In this document: positions 27,695 through 37,484 of the stretch, in pieces
How the letters are laid out: each line of letters opens with the position of its first letter
Position numbering within the stretch: position 1 is the stretch's first letter
Assembly: GCA_963793865.1 (NCBI GenBank)
Contig: CAWCBP010000001.1
Location: 288,001 to 352,000, forward strand
DNA length: 64,000 nucleotides
Reading direction: 5' to 3'
From: an uncultured delta proteobacterium
GTDB lineage: Bacteria; Desulfobacterota; WTBG01
Program-made: the position numbers and the translations under genes
Notes under the pieces: model-generated
What the model saw: only the letters and a program-made list of their open reading frames with translations
Told to the model about the DNA's origin: nothing
Databases searched by the model: none

Positions 27695-28915
27695 TTATAC
27701 CTCCTGCATAATAGTAAAGGTATCGATCTTCGATGCCAGATATGCAGGCAGCAAAGAGCCTAAAATGGCAATTACTGTTGACAGCACAATTGACCACAGC
27801 AAGAGCACCGGGACAGGCCGCACCATAATACCTGCCAGCTGTGGCCCCAGCAACACTCCGGCTATGGTTCCTATCGCATAACCAAGTACACCACCTACCA
27901 GTCCCAGAATAGTAGCTTTTAAGAGAAACATTGTGTACACGCTTGACTGGGGGGCGCCAATCATAAGGAGAATGCCAATTTCCTTTTTTCTTTCATTCAC
28001 GTTAGCCCACATGAAGTTGCCAATGGAAATACCCCCCACAAAAAGAATGATAATGAGGAAGATAAGCGAAACCTTATTCATCATTCGATTGGTCTCAATT
28101 TGCGTGGAAACGATTTGACCAATGGTTGTAATACGGGTATCGGGAAGAATATTCCTGAGCTTACCCAATAATCCATCAGAGATTGCGTTGCAGCACCCCA
28201 TTATTTCAATTGCGCTAATTTGATGCCCAATCCCAAGAAGGTCCTGGACTGTATGCAGGTGCGCAAAAATACGATCATCGTCTATTATGCCGGTTTCCGG
28301 AAGCATTCTGGCAACCTTAAAACTCCTGCCTGCAATTTTTACTGTGCTTCCTTCTGAAAGCCCTAAGCGTTTAGCTGCCGCAAAACCCACAAGACAATCA
28401 TCCAATCCCAGGGAATCAACAGGTTTCCTTTGCAGCCGTTCATTCTCAAATCCCCTAGATTGATTAACGGGATTCGTCAGAGCGCAGGTCGCTTGCAGTT
28501 CACTACCAATCAGTCCCGCAGTTTGCCACATTGGTTTTGAGGTTATTTCACTGGCGGGAAGGATTCCTGTCAGGACGATATTGTGCTCTCCAATGGTTAC
28601 CCGTCTGGTCACCTTGGGGGAGAGGTTATCGACTCCCGGCAATGCAGATGCTACTATGCGCTCCACATAATCCTCGGGAAATGTTGGTGCATCTATGTCT
28701 GCTGTATAGTAGTCATCGACGCTTGCACCCTGGGGAAGCACTAAAATATTAGCGCCTAAATTGTCAAGATGAACCGCCACTGCCTTCTCCGAAACCACCG
28801 CCACAGAACGGATTCCCACAATGACCCCGATACCGAGTGTAATGGCCAAAAGCCCGGAAATTAACTGTGACTTTCGGTGCCAAAGCTCCTGCCATACTAA
28901 ACTGTATAAGTTCAT
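27695..28915 (-). CDS. ABC transporter permease (FtsX/MacB-like) with periplasmic GCC motif
   Basis: One TM, a large periplasmic domain, then three TM; NVNERKKEIGI; IEIMGCCN. Confidence 0.88.
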   Translation of the reverse strand: MNLYSLVWQELWHRKSQLISGLLAITLGIGVIVGIRSVAVVSEKAVAVHLDNLGANILVLPQGASVDDYYTADIDAPTFPEDYVERIVASALPGVDNLSPKVTRRVTIGEHNIVLTGILPASEITSKPMWQTAGLIGSELQATCALTNPVNQSRGFENERLQRKPVDSLGLDDCLVGFAAAKRLGLSEGSTVKIAGRSFKVARMLPETGIIDDDRIFAHLHTVQDLLGIGHQISAIEIMGCCNAISDGLLGKLRNILPDTRITTIGQIVSTQIETNRMMNKVSLIFLIIILFVGGISIGNFMWANVNERKKEIGILLMIGAPQSSVYTMFLLKATILGLVGGVLGYAIGTIAGVLLGPQLAGIMVRPVPVLLLWSIVLSTVIAILGSLLPAYLASKIDTFTIMQEV

Positions 28916-28917
28916 AG

Positions 28918-29676
28918 CTATTGTCCTTTCTGATTGCTTGATCCACACCCTTTTTTGCTACCACCAGGGCAGCACCCGCCTGCCTTTTTCGTTGCGGCCT
29001 GCACCAATTGTGCAACCTCCACTGGACCGCTAAAATTTCCCGTAACCTGTCCCTGAGGATTAAGAACAAAAGTGGCGGGCTCCGTGGAACTCATGTTAGC
29101 CCGCAATTGTTGCAGAAATGAACTTTCTTTTGTGTCGTCCATATCAATTGCTACAGAAATTGCCTTATCCTTCATCTCTTTGGAAGCGTTTTTGCAGGTT
29201 TCCAATACTTTCAAACGATCCCCCATGGACTTGCGGCTTGCAATAACAAAAACAGCTTTCCCTCCAGTCAAAGCCTTGACAACCTCTGCCTTGCCGGGAG
29301 ATGGAATCAGTTTAACCAGCATATCCGGTTGCGCCTGTTCGGCCGGCACCCCTCCGGCAACCACACCATTGGACGCTATCAAAAGAATCAAAGGCACCGG
29401 GGCCCCTGCCAGTCGATATTGTGCAACAAGCTGGCTGTTAACCGTATCAGCCCTGTTCATCTCAATCACGGTTGATTCTGGGGCCAATTTTTGCGCTCCT
29501 CTGGCAATCTCCAGAGCCTGCCCGGCCTCCTTTACTCCCGGGTCGGTGACTACCAGAAAGACTGCTTTACCGGTTTTATTTGCCTGTTCAATATCTGTTT
29601 GCACTGAAGCCCAAATCGTACCGCAGGAACATACTACAAGACTTCCGATCAATAGATAGTTAAACGCCTTTTTCAT
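28918..29676 (-). CDS. Exported hypothetical protein with Cys-rich C-terminus
   Basis: Signal peptide, two weakly similar halves, GGCCPGGSKKGCG tail; AAGGAG RBS. Confidence 0.72.
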   Translation of the reverse strand: MKKAFNYLLIGSLVVCSCGTIWASVQTDIEQANKTGKAVFLVVTDPGVKEAGQALEIARGAQKLAPESTVIEMNRADTVNSQLVAQYRLAGAPVPLILLIASNGVVAGGVPAEQAQPDMLVKLIPSPGKAEVVKALTGGKAVFVIASRKSMGDRLKVLETCKNASKEMKDKAISVAIDMDDTKESSFLQQLRANMSSTEPATFVLNPQGQVTGNFSGPVEVAQLVQAATKKAGGCCPGGSKKGCGSSNQKGQ

Positions 29677-29714
29677 GTTTCATCTCCTTTTTAATCTATA
29701 ATCTCTCGATTTTA

Positions 29715-30098
29715 TTAATCTATCTTGTAACACTCCTCACCTTTCATTCCTTCAACGCATTTCCCATCAGCCCTAAGCGCTAATCTTTTCTTTAATCTTT
29801 TACTGTCCTCATTTAAATGGTCTTCTCGAACGGTCAAAAGTGCCTCAAGAATGAGTTTCTGAAATTGATTAATAGGTTTTATTAAAGAATAATAAACCCA
29901 CCTCCCATCCTTTTCCTCATGGAGAAGCCCCATATTCTTAAGAATCCTAAGATGTCGTGAAACGTTGTATTGGTTTTGATTTAAAGAATCCATGATTTCA
30001 CAGACGCAGAGTTTGATATTGGCTTTCTTCAATAAACAGATTATTCTCAGGCGAGTTTTATCAGATAATGCTTTGAAAATATTGATATATTCTTCCAT
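29715..30098 (-). CDS. arsR: ArsR/SmtB transcriptional repressor (second copy)
   Basis: FKALSDKTRLRI, LCVCEI, NVSRHL, GRWVYYSL; GGAGG RBS. Confidence 0.9.
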   Translation of the reverse strand: MEEYINIFKALSDKTRLRIICLLKKANIKLCVCEIMDSLNQNQYNVSRHLRILKNMGLLHEEKDGRWVYYSLIKPINQFQKLILEALLTVREDHLNEDSKRLKKRLALRADGKCVEGMKGEECYKID

Positions 30099-30291
30099 TT
30101 TACCCTCCCCATAATATGCATACATGCACTTATTAGCATTTGTTAAATATCAAAAAAATAGTGCCCCGTCAAGCACCAAATTACTGCATATAAACGGCAG
30201 TAGATGTGTGGAGATCTAATTCAATATGAACATTTTATCATTAAGCAAGTTTGCTGTTTCAGAAATCTTCCCCGCAATTTTTGCTTATTCA

Positions 30292-30317
30292 TCGTCATCT
30301 GTCATGACAAATGACGA
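30292..30317. promoter_or_regulatory. 26-bp near-perfect palindrome, candidate operator in a divergent intergenic region
   Basis: TCGTCATCTGTCA/TGACAAATGACGA with one mismatch. Confidence 0.45.
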
Positions 30318-30543
30318 AAGACATGTCAATATGTTTAAGAGCAATGGCATTTTGTTCTTCTGCAATATAATATCTACATCACTGTCCTGATGAAAAAACT
30401 GTTCAAAATTCCTCTTGCAAGTGCATTTTGTTGTCATATAATGGTTGTGCAATCCATATCGCATTAACTTGCGACAGCAGCGATGCTGGCGAAGGATGAT
30501 ACCTGTTCATTTCATCAAGAAAACATTAGAGCGGAGGTGCGAC

Positions 30544-31017
30544 ATGGTTACGCTTGAACAGTTGAAAGACAACGAGCTTTTTCAGGAGCTTTCCGAGGCC
30601 GACCTTAACGAGGTTCTGCCCTTCTGCACAGAGAAGACCTTTGATGCGGGGACAACTGTCTGCACCTATGGAGCAAAGGGGAAGGAGTTCTATCTCCTGC
30701 TGGAGGGCGATGTCAGCCTCCAGGTCCCGTCAGAAAAGGAATTCGGCATCCTGGTCGTCTTTGTCAGGCCGGGCAGCGCCTTCGGTTTCTCCGGCCTCAT
30801 ATTTCCATACACATACACCTCGACGGCGAAATGCAACACCAAATCGAAAGTGATCGCCATTGAATGCCCTCCCTTCCGGGATTTTATCGCCAACAAAAAC
30901 AACCACATCGGTTTCCTGTTTGTGAGGAATCTGGCCCGTGTGCTGATGAAGCGGCTTGATACCGCCAGAAAGAATTTGAGCTACCTGGTATCGCAGGTTC
31001 CCATTGATATGTCGTGA
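30544..31017 (+). CDS. Stand-alone cyclic nucleotide-binding domain protein
   Basis: LFQELSEADL, FYLLLEGDV, PGSAFGFS..YTSTA; no HTH; GGAGG RBS. Confidence 0.82.
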   Translation: MVTLEQLKDNELFQELSEADLNEVLPFCTEKTFDAGTTVCTYGAKGKEFYLLLEGDVSLQVPSEKEFGILVVFVRPGSAFGFSGLIFPYTYTSTAKCNTKSKVIAIECPPFRDFIANKNNHIGFLFVRNLARVLMKRLDTARKNLSYLVSQVPIDMS

Positions 31018-31051
31018 TGGCCTTACTAAAAAGACCTTATTTTCGAATCAG

Positions 31052-31159
31052 ACCCCCATGCCCCTTCGGGGCACCACCATGCATGAAAATTGTTAATTTC
31101 CCTCGCCCCACCGGGGGAGAGGGTTAGGGTGAGGGGGGTATGCAAAATCTATTTTCGTG
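31052..31159. repeat. Composite repeat: CCCCATG..GGGGCACCAC..CATGAAAAT, a hairpin cargo, then ATTTTCGTG
   Basis: Same scaffold in inverted orientation at 36556-36766 with different cargo. Confidence 0.6.
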
Positions 31160-31165
31160 TTAAAC

Positions 31166-31202
31166 AAAAAGGGCAGCGGATTACAACCCGCTGCCCTTTT
31201 TT
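31166..31202. terminator. Bidirectional rho-independent terminator
   Basis: AAAAA-GGGCAGCGG-loop-CCGCTGCCC-TTTTTT between the convergent cNMP gene and the tRNA. Confidence 0.85.
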
Positions 31203-31211
31203 CATGGCGTG

Positions 31212-31289
31212 TGGTCGGGACGGCCGGATTCGAACCGGCGACCACCTGAACCCCATTCAGGTACGCTAACCAGACTGCGCTACGTCCCG
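31212..31289 (-). tRNA. tRNA-Pro (GGG)
   Basis: Reverse complement CGGGACGTAGCGCAGTCTGGTTAGCG..., anticodon arm CCTGA-ATGGGGT-TCAGG, GGTTCGAATCC T-arm, encoded CCA. Confidence 0.96.
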
Positions 31290-31513
31290 ATGCCTTATTT
31301 TCTATTACTTTTTAAGATTTATGTCAAGCAGTCATTCATGGGTATTTGTCTTGCGCCTTTTTTTGTTGGTATCATCACGATCGGTGTTTTGAGTTGTCTG
31401 GGTGTCGTGAAAATGGTATGAAAGCTCTGTGTAAACTTCCACCGGCAGGGGGCTGCTGTCGTAAGCCAGGCAACAGAAGGAGATGGAGAGGGTAATGAAG
31501 AAGTCAAAAAAAA

Positions 31514-33268
31514 ATGATAGACGGCGTTCTGAGGATGCCCAGGATGCAAAGCAAACGCTTCAAAAGAAGCGACCCGCGGGTGCCCGAACAGTTGCTGCTT
31601 GTTCTGATTACACTTGCGTGCCTGCTCCCATTTCTTAACAAGGGATATAATGTTGATGATCCCCTGTTCATCTGGACGGCAAAACAGATTTGCAACCATC
31701 CCCTTGACTTTTACGGGTTTACGGTAAACTGGTATGGCACTGTATCGCCAATGGCTGAGGTCACTAAAAATCCCCCCGGGGTGTGCTACTATCTGGCCTT
31801 GGCTGGAGCACTGTTCGGATGGAGCGAGTATGCACTGCACGGTGCCATGCTCATTCCCTCTGTGGTCGCTGTACTGGGGATGTTTTATCTGGCGCAGTTG
31901 CTTTGTTCTAAACCCTTCCTGGCTGCATTGGCAGGGATAGTAACGCCGGTATTTCTCGTTTCTGCCACCAACGTGATGTGCGACATCACCATGCTGGGGC
32001 TCCTGGTCTGGGCAATCTTTTTTTGGATCAGGGGAATACAAACTAACCGGCAGCTGTATTTTTTACTCTCTGCCCTTATGATTACAGCCTGCAGCTTGAC
32101 AAAGTACTTTGGGGTGGCCTTGATCCCGCTTCTTGTTGCTTATGCACTTTTACAAAAACGGAGGTTGGGCCTGTGGATGTGTTACCTGCTTATCCCGGTT
32201 ACGTTCCTTGCCGGATATCAGTGGATGACCCATAGCTTCTACGGCCTCGGTTTGTTGTGGGACGCAGCCCTTTTCGCGAGCGGGTTTCAGTCAGTCGGCA
32301 ATCAGACGTTTTTATCAAAGGGATTAATAACCCTGGCATTCACCGGCGGGTGCCTTGCAAGTGTTTTGTTCTATGCGCCGCTGCTATGGTCACGCAGGGG
32401 TTGCCTTATCGGTGTTGCCCTGATTATTCTGCTTCTTTTTGCACTTGCCTCCGTCCAAAAGATAGGCGCTGTGCCCACCCATGATGGGGATTCGGTTAAA
32501 TGGCTTTTTCTCCTCCAGGCTGCAGTCATGGTTGCTGCAGGAGTCAGTATTATAACGCTGGCATTGCGTGACTTCCTCACTTTCAGAAATGCCGAATCCT
32601 TGCTGTTACTGCTCTGGGTAGCGGGGACGTTCATCTTCGCGGGCTTTGTAAACTGGGTCATTAATGCCCGGAGTATACTTCCCATGGCGCCGGCCGCAGG
32701 GATTTTGATCATGCGAAGAATTGATCAGCACAGGAATTCAGGCAAGCGCTTGAATGGACTTTTGTGGGCAGCGGTGCCGCTCATTCCCAGCGTTTGTATT
32801 GCCACAATCATCAGCTGGTCTGATTACCAGTGGGCTGGGACTTCACGGGCAGCAGCTGTCAGCATCACCAGATCTTTTGAAAACAGAAAAAGCACTGCTC
32901 TGTGGTTTGCCGGCCATTGGGGATTTCAGTATTACATGGAGGCCGGGCGGGGCAAGGCAATGGATTTGGCAGATCAGGCAGTAATGCCCGGGGATATCGT
33001 TATCTTTCCTTTCAACAACACCAATATTCCCATCAACATGTCGCTATTTCAGCAACACAGCAGTTTGTTGCAAATTTATGAGGTGGGGCCGCAACAGTGG
33101 CTGACAACAATGCATAGCCTCATGGGAGCGGGTTTTTACAGTCATTTAGTGGGACCGCTTCCTTTTGTCTTTGGTTTGAAAGACCCTGAAAAATACTACG
33201 CGTTTATTGTAGAACAGGCTTACACCATCCGTTATCGCGAGCAAGTACAACACAACCGGTCCTCATGA
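31514..33268 (-). other. Placeholder strand check: no minus-strand gene supported here; see the plus-strand entry
   Basis: Minus-strand ORFs in this span are short antisense shadows. Confidence 0.05.
31514..33268 (+). CDS. ArnT/GT39-like integral membrane glycosyltransferase
   Basis: N-terminal VDDP acidic pair, NPPG..YY, many TM helices, LTKY.G, C-terminal soluble domain. Confidence 0.78.
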   Translation: MIDGVLRMPRMQSKRFKRSDPRVPEQLLLVLITLACLLPFLNKGYNVDDPLFIWTAKQICNHPLDFYGFTVNWYGTVSPMAEVTKNPPGVCYYLALAGALFGWSEYALHGAMLIPSVVAVLGMFYLAQLLCSKPFLAALAGIVTPVFLVSATNVMCDITMLGLLVWAIFFWIRGIQTNRQLYFLLSALMITACSLTKYFGVALIPLLVAYALLQKRRLGLWMCYLLIPVTFLAGYQWMTHSFYGLGLLWDAALFASGFQSVGNQTFLSKGLITLAFTGGCLASVLFYAPLLWSRRGCLIGVALIILLLFALASVQKIGAVPTHDGDSVKWLFLLQAAVMVAAGVSIITLALRDFLTFRNAESLLLLLWVAGTFIFAGFVNWVINARSILPMAPAAGILIMRRIDQHRNSGKRLNGLLWAAVPLIPSVCIATIISWSDYQWAGTSRAAAVSITRSFENRKSTALWFAGHWGFQYYMEAGRGKAMDLADQAVMPGDIVIFPFNNTNIPINMSLFQQHSSLLQIYEVGPQQWLTTMHSLMGAGFYSHLVGPLPFVFGLKDPEKYYAFIVEQAYTIRYREQVQHNRSS

Positions 33269-33415
33269 AGGCTGTGAACGCCTTTCCCGGAAGAAGCCAC
33301 GCGACTGAAAAACCGCCGCCACGGACTGTCTGCGTCCCGCTTTACTTACGTTTGATGCTTTTTGGAGTTTCGGCCAAGCGGTCATTGATGTATCGTGCGG
33401 GGAACGGCCGTACAT

Positions 33416-34294
33416 TTATTTTTTGTTAATGCGGTTCAAGAGCTTGTCTGCCAGGGCCGTATCGAGGGTTTTTAAAATTTCATGCTCTTTATGAGCATTG
33501 GCCGTATCGCCCTGGGCTAAATAACCGATGCCCAGGTTAAAATGGGCCTGTGCGAAATCCGGCTTCAGCATGACTGCCTGATTGAAAGCCTGGACGGCCT
33601 GCGGATATTGACCCAACTTGCTGTAAGTGATGCCGAGATTGTAGTGGGCCTCTGCATAATTCGGATTCAGCCTGATGGCATCTTCATATGCCGCGGCGGC
33701 ATCCTGGTAACGGTCTAAATTGCCGTAATCAATGCCCAGGTTGTAGTGCGCCATCGCATAATCCGGTTTCAGCCTGACGGTCTTTTCATGTGCCGTGGCA
33801 GCTTCCTGATACCGGTTTAATTTGCCATAAGCAATGCCAAGGCTGTAGTAAGCTTCTGCATCAGACGGCTTCAGTCTGATGGCCTCGTTGTATTCCTTTA
33901 TGGCTTCCTGGTATCGGCGTGTAAAGTAATAAACACTGCCCAGGTTGAAATGGGCCTGGGCAAAATCAGGTCTTAGCGTAATAGCATGCTCGAATGTCTG
34001 GATGGCCTCCTGGTATCGGTTTAATTTGGCGTACGTCATGCCAAGATTGCTGTAAGCCTCTACAAAATCCGGTTTCAGTCTGATAGCCTCCTGATATTCC
34101 CGGATGGCTTCCTGGTATCGGCCCGCGTTGCCATATTTATTGCCCAGAGTGTAGTGAGACTCTGCACTATCGAATGCAAGTGGATCTTTAAGGATGCTAT
34201 TCTGCGCATGCGATTGATCGGATAACAGCAGAAAGGACAATACAAGGCTTGCAGCGAGCATGGGGAAGAGGGAAAAGAGTCGAAGCTTCTTCAT
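33416..34294 (-). CDS. Exported tetratricopeptide-repeat protein (about 7 TPRs)
   Basis: Signal peptide followed by 34-aa repeats A(H/Y).NLG..Y....RYQEA......AIRLKPD. Confidence 0.9.
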   Translation of the reverse strand: MKKLRLFSLFPMLAASLVLSFLLLSDQSHAQNSILKDPLAFDSAESHYTLGNKYGNAGRYQEAIREYQEAIRLKPDFVEAYSNLGMTYAKLNRYQEAIQTFEHAITLRPDFAQAHFNLGSVYYFTRRYQEAIKEYNEAIRLKPSDAEAYYSLGIAYGKLNRYQEAATAHEKTVRLKPDYAMAHYNLGIDYGNLDRYQDAAAAYEDAIRLNPNYAEAHYNLGITYSKLGQYPQAVQAFNQAVMLKPDFAQAHFNLGIGYLAQGDTANAHKEHEILKTLDTALADKLLNRINKK

Positions 34295-34559
34295 GGCAGT
34301 ACCTCCTCATATCAGTAAGCGGGGTTACCCTCCCCCGTCTTCTCCGGGGGGCGCATAAATACTCTATACCATAAAACGGCAAACAGGGTAAAGGTGAAGG
34401 TAGGGGTTTTTTTGTTGGTAAGATGAGGGGCATTTTGCTATAAGGGAGCTGTGCGGACTGCTGACAGCAAGGCTGTCGGCTTTAAAACCGTCATCCTCAC
34501 CGTGTTCATGTGCTTTATCTGATTTGATCATGGGTGAGAATCTATGAAAGGATCATAAA

Positions 34560-35114
34560 ATGAAAAAAGTAATTGTGTTCGCAGCTGTTGTCGTGACAAT
34601 GTTTATGAGTAATCCGTGTTTTGCTCAAATTAACCAGTGCAACGGATCGTTGCAGGGCATAAAAAGCATCGGCGTTGTTGTCGGTGACGCTCCCCTGACC
34701 GGTAAGGTTGATTTTCTTTCTCAGATTAAAACCGACGTTGAAGGCAGGCTCAGAACCGCGGGTATCAATGTTTATGACCTGGATATGCTTGCAAAGCCAA
34801 AAGACAAAAGAAGGTTCTTCGACACCAGCGGTTTCCTGGAAATAAATTTTTTTATGAAGGAATTGGAAAATACCAAGCAACAAGCTTCGGAACAGAGGGT
34901 GATATACACTATCCTGCTTGTGCTCAGGCAGCGAATAGAATTGGATAGAAATGATGTGAAGTGCCTTTCTCCCACATGGGTCGAAGGGAGTTTTAATGTA
35001 ACCTGCCTGAAGTCGGAATTGGAAGATAAAACAAGAAAGAATATAAGCGATTTGGTGGGTATATTCCTGGACGCCTACGCCACTGAAAATCCCAAACAAA
35101 CAGGGAAACCATAG
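34560..35114 (+). CDS. Exported hypothetical protein
   Basis: MKK-led signal peptide ending CFA; AAGGA RBS. Confidence 0.7.
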   Translation: MKKVIVFAAVVVTMFMSNPCFAQINQCNGSLQGIKSIGVVVGDAPLTGKVDFLSQIKTDVEGRLRTAGINVYDLDMLAKPKDKRRFFDTSGFLEINFFMKELENTKQQASEQRVIYTILLVLRQRIELDRNDVKCLSPTWVEGSFNVTCLKSELEDKTRKNISDLVGIFLDAYATENPKQTGKP

Positions 35115-35466
35115 AGGGGTGAGTTTAGTTACACGAGGAGTGCCGTGACTTGACAGCACCTTGTGGTGCCTGCAGTATTTTGGATGTATACTTTCAGATC
35201 ATCAATTTGTCAAATCTATTTTAATGAGCCGCATACCAATCCACGGTCACTCAATAAAGTTATGTAAGGAAATCAATGACGCACTACACTAGTGGGTTAA
35301 CATTACTTGAATTTAAAGGAAAAATATGGTTTAATGATTATACAATACATGAGGTAAGGCAGTGGCTGACAGGAGAACGGGAATAATAAACCTTGGCTGT
35401 AACTACCCTCGCTCCCGGATCATGGTTCATCCGGGATGTAGAGGGAATTTTTATTGTGTGGAGCTG

Positions 35467-36507
35467 ATGAAAATCATTGCTGTAATAACGGTACTCTTAG
35501 GCTGCTTCCTGCTTACGTGCTCAAATGCAATGGCGGTCCAATCATCAAATCATATGATGACGCTGGACAGATACTACTATGCAAACTGCGATGGGGAAGA
35601 ATGCTGTTTCCAGTTTTTTCCGGAACCGGAGACTTATTTCTTCACGAACGATAAGGCTGCCTGGCTGTGGTTTAACTGGCGGGGTGCAGATCCGGGCGAT
35701 GAGTTCACCATGCTGACCTTTTCGCCGGGCGGGGGATTGTATGATCGAATGTCCAGCGATTCTTTAATAACCAGGGAAGATGGATGTCTGCTGCTCTCCT
35801 TTTCCATTAACGGTTCGGCGCCTGAACATCTTCCCGGTGACTGGCGCATGGAGGTTGCAATCGATGGCGACCACCTCTTCTCCCAGTCTTTCAAAATAGT
35901 GACGGGCAACCGGGATACTTACGTTGCCAATAAAACCATGACCCTGTATCCCGACATCAACGGCGATTGCACCATTCCGCCTTCCAACTATGTATTCTAT
36001 GAATTTGATGAAGGGGCATATTTCTGGTTTTATTTTAATTCCGCCGGCATCGGTGACGACCTGAGAGTTGATTGGTACGACCCGAGTGGAAATGTATACC
36101 TGTCAGAAACAACCCCCTATAATTGCGCAAACGGCTGTTTGTATCCGGGTATCTCTATCAGCGGGCATCAGGCGGCACACCTGCCCGGCAGGTGGCGGGT
36201 TGCCGTTTATTATGACGGGGACAGGTATTTTAATGAGTATTTCACCATCGTTGACACTTCCTCCAGCGAAGCGATCACCTGTCCGCTGTCCCTCATCTAC
36301 GGGGATGATTCGCCGCAAGCCGGTGCGCTGAGAACCTTCAGGGATGATGTGCTTCGCCCGACCCCGGAAGGCCGGGAACTCATCCGGCTTTACTACCAGT
36401 GGGGCCCCGCGGTCGTACGGGCAATCATGGCAGATGATCAGTTTAAGGAAGAGGCAAAAGAATTGGCGGACGCGGTATTAATGATGATCGAGGGAAAAGA
36501 GGAGTAG
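35467..36507 (+). CDS. Exported protein with two Ig-like repeats and a C-terminal CFI-box-CTERM-like domain
   Basis: Signal peptide, duplicated HLPG.WR..V..DGD..F...F.IV module, tail CPLSLIYG..SPQ..LR.FRD.VL...EGR.LI.LYY..GP. Confidence 0.72.
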   Translation: MKIIAVITVLLGCFLLTCSNAMAVQSSNHMMTLDRYYYANCDGEECCFQFFPEPETYFFTNDKAAWLWFNWRGADPGDEFTMLTFSPGGGLYDRMSSDSLITREDGCLLLSFSINGSAPEHLPGDWRMEVAIDGDHLFSQSFKIVTGNRDTYVANKTMTLYPDINGDCTIPPSNYVFYEFDEGAYFWFYFNSAGIGDDLRVDWYDPSGNVYLSETTPYNCANGCLYPGISISGHQAAHLPGRWRVAVYYDGDRYFNEYFTIVDTSSSEAITCPLSLIYGDDSPQAGALRTFRDDVLRPTPEGRELIRLYYQWGPAVVRAIMADDQFKEEAKELADAVLMMIEGKEE

Positions 36508-36555
36508 ATACTCCGAGGGGGCCCTTCCTATATTCAGGTCATTTGATTCCTCTGA

Positions 36556-36766
36556 CACGAAAATATGGTCTGATTCGTAGGGGCGACCGGCCGGTCGCCC
36601 CTACATTCATGTAAGACATGGATCTCCGCTTTCGCGGGGATGACAGGAGGAAGTCGAGGATAATAATTAGGAAGAAAAAATAACGGAACAAATCATGACA
36701 TTCCCGCGGAAGCGGGAATCCGCTGATATTTTTATGCTTCGTGGCGCCCTGAAGGAGCATGGGGTT
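36556..36766. repeat. Composite repeat scaffold carrying a GTAG REP (36577-36604) and two TCCCGC..GCGGGA-type REP hairpins (36620-36644, 36697-36721)
   Basis: Ends CACGAAAAT and ATTTTTATG..GTGGCGCCC..CATGGGG match 31052-31159 in inverted orientation. Confidence 0.68.
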
Positions 36767-36799
36767 TAACAAGAACGTATTTCTCGCCACGCAGCAGCA

Positions 36800-37405
36800 T
36801 CAGCCCAGGGTCTGCACGGTTGCCGAATCCGGGCTCCACGTTTTTCTGAGGGGAAGTTTTCCCGGTGTCATGTGCAGTAAAATCATCTTTTGCGGTGTTA
36901 TCTTTATCCAGTTGAACATTTTAGGGATCTTTTCCAGCATCGCTTCTGTTTGACCGCGGGGGATGGTTTCTCTTTGGACATACTCTTCAAATAGACCCGC
37001 CAGTGCGTCATCAAGACCAAACTGCTTGAATCTTTTCTCAAATTCATCCGGGTTGTTTTTCATGTTGATCAGCTCGGCCGTGCCCAGGATCTGCAGGCTC
37101 TTCTGCTCCCTGCTGTGATCAACCGGCTCATATATCCCGACGGACACCTTGGGATTTCTCATGATATTGGCAATCTTGCCTCCCGGCTCACCGGCTATCC
37201 AGACGGTAAGCCCCTCGCTGAAAAAGTCCACCGGTGTAACCCGGGGCATGTCTTCAATGCAGGTCCCCAGGGCGCAGGCCGTCCCATGCGCGATGGTACA
37301 TCCGGGTCTGGTTCTTTTTGCTCCCGGTTTGGAAGACCTGGCATTTAGAAAATCAACAAGCTCCTTTTCCAGTTCATGAACAGGTATTTTTTGCTTTTCA
37401 CTCAT
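36800..37405 (-). CDS. Pyridoxamine 5'-phosphate oxidase-like (FMN split-barrel) protein
   Basis: CALGTC..D.PRVTPVDF, GKIANI.RNPKVSVGIY, SLQILG.A. Confidence 0.78.
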   Translation of the reverse strand: MSEKQKIPVHELEKELVDFLNARSSKPGAKRTRPGCTIAHGTACALGTCIEDMPRVTPVDFFSEGLTVWIAGEPGGKIANIMRNPKVSVGIYEPVDHSREQKSLQILGTAELINMKNNPDEFEKRFKQFGLDDALAGLFEEYVQRETIPRGQTEAMLEKIPKMFNWIKITPQKMILLHMTPGKLPLRKTWSPDSATVQTLG

Positions 37406-37484
37406 CGCTTTTTCTCCTGGCGCCAAATAATCTCCACAAATCCTTCACTGAGGAGTGATACTACTGCATGGCTTACTATGACAA

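Noticed and set aside
31212..31240. att-site duplicate of the tRNA-Pro 3' end at the left island border
   Set aside because: No matching copy found by eye near 10.5-13.4 kb, and no integrase in the window.
31514..33268. A minus-strand gene opposite the ArnT-like glycosyltransferase (the 0.05-confidence placeholder entry in features)
   Set aside because: Only short shadow ORFs exist on that strand; that entry is not a real feature and should be ignored.
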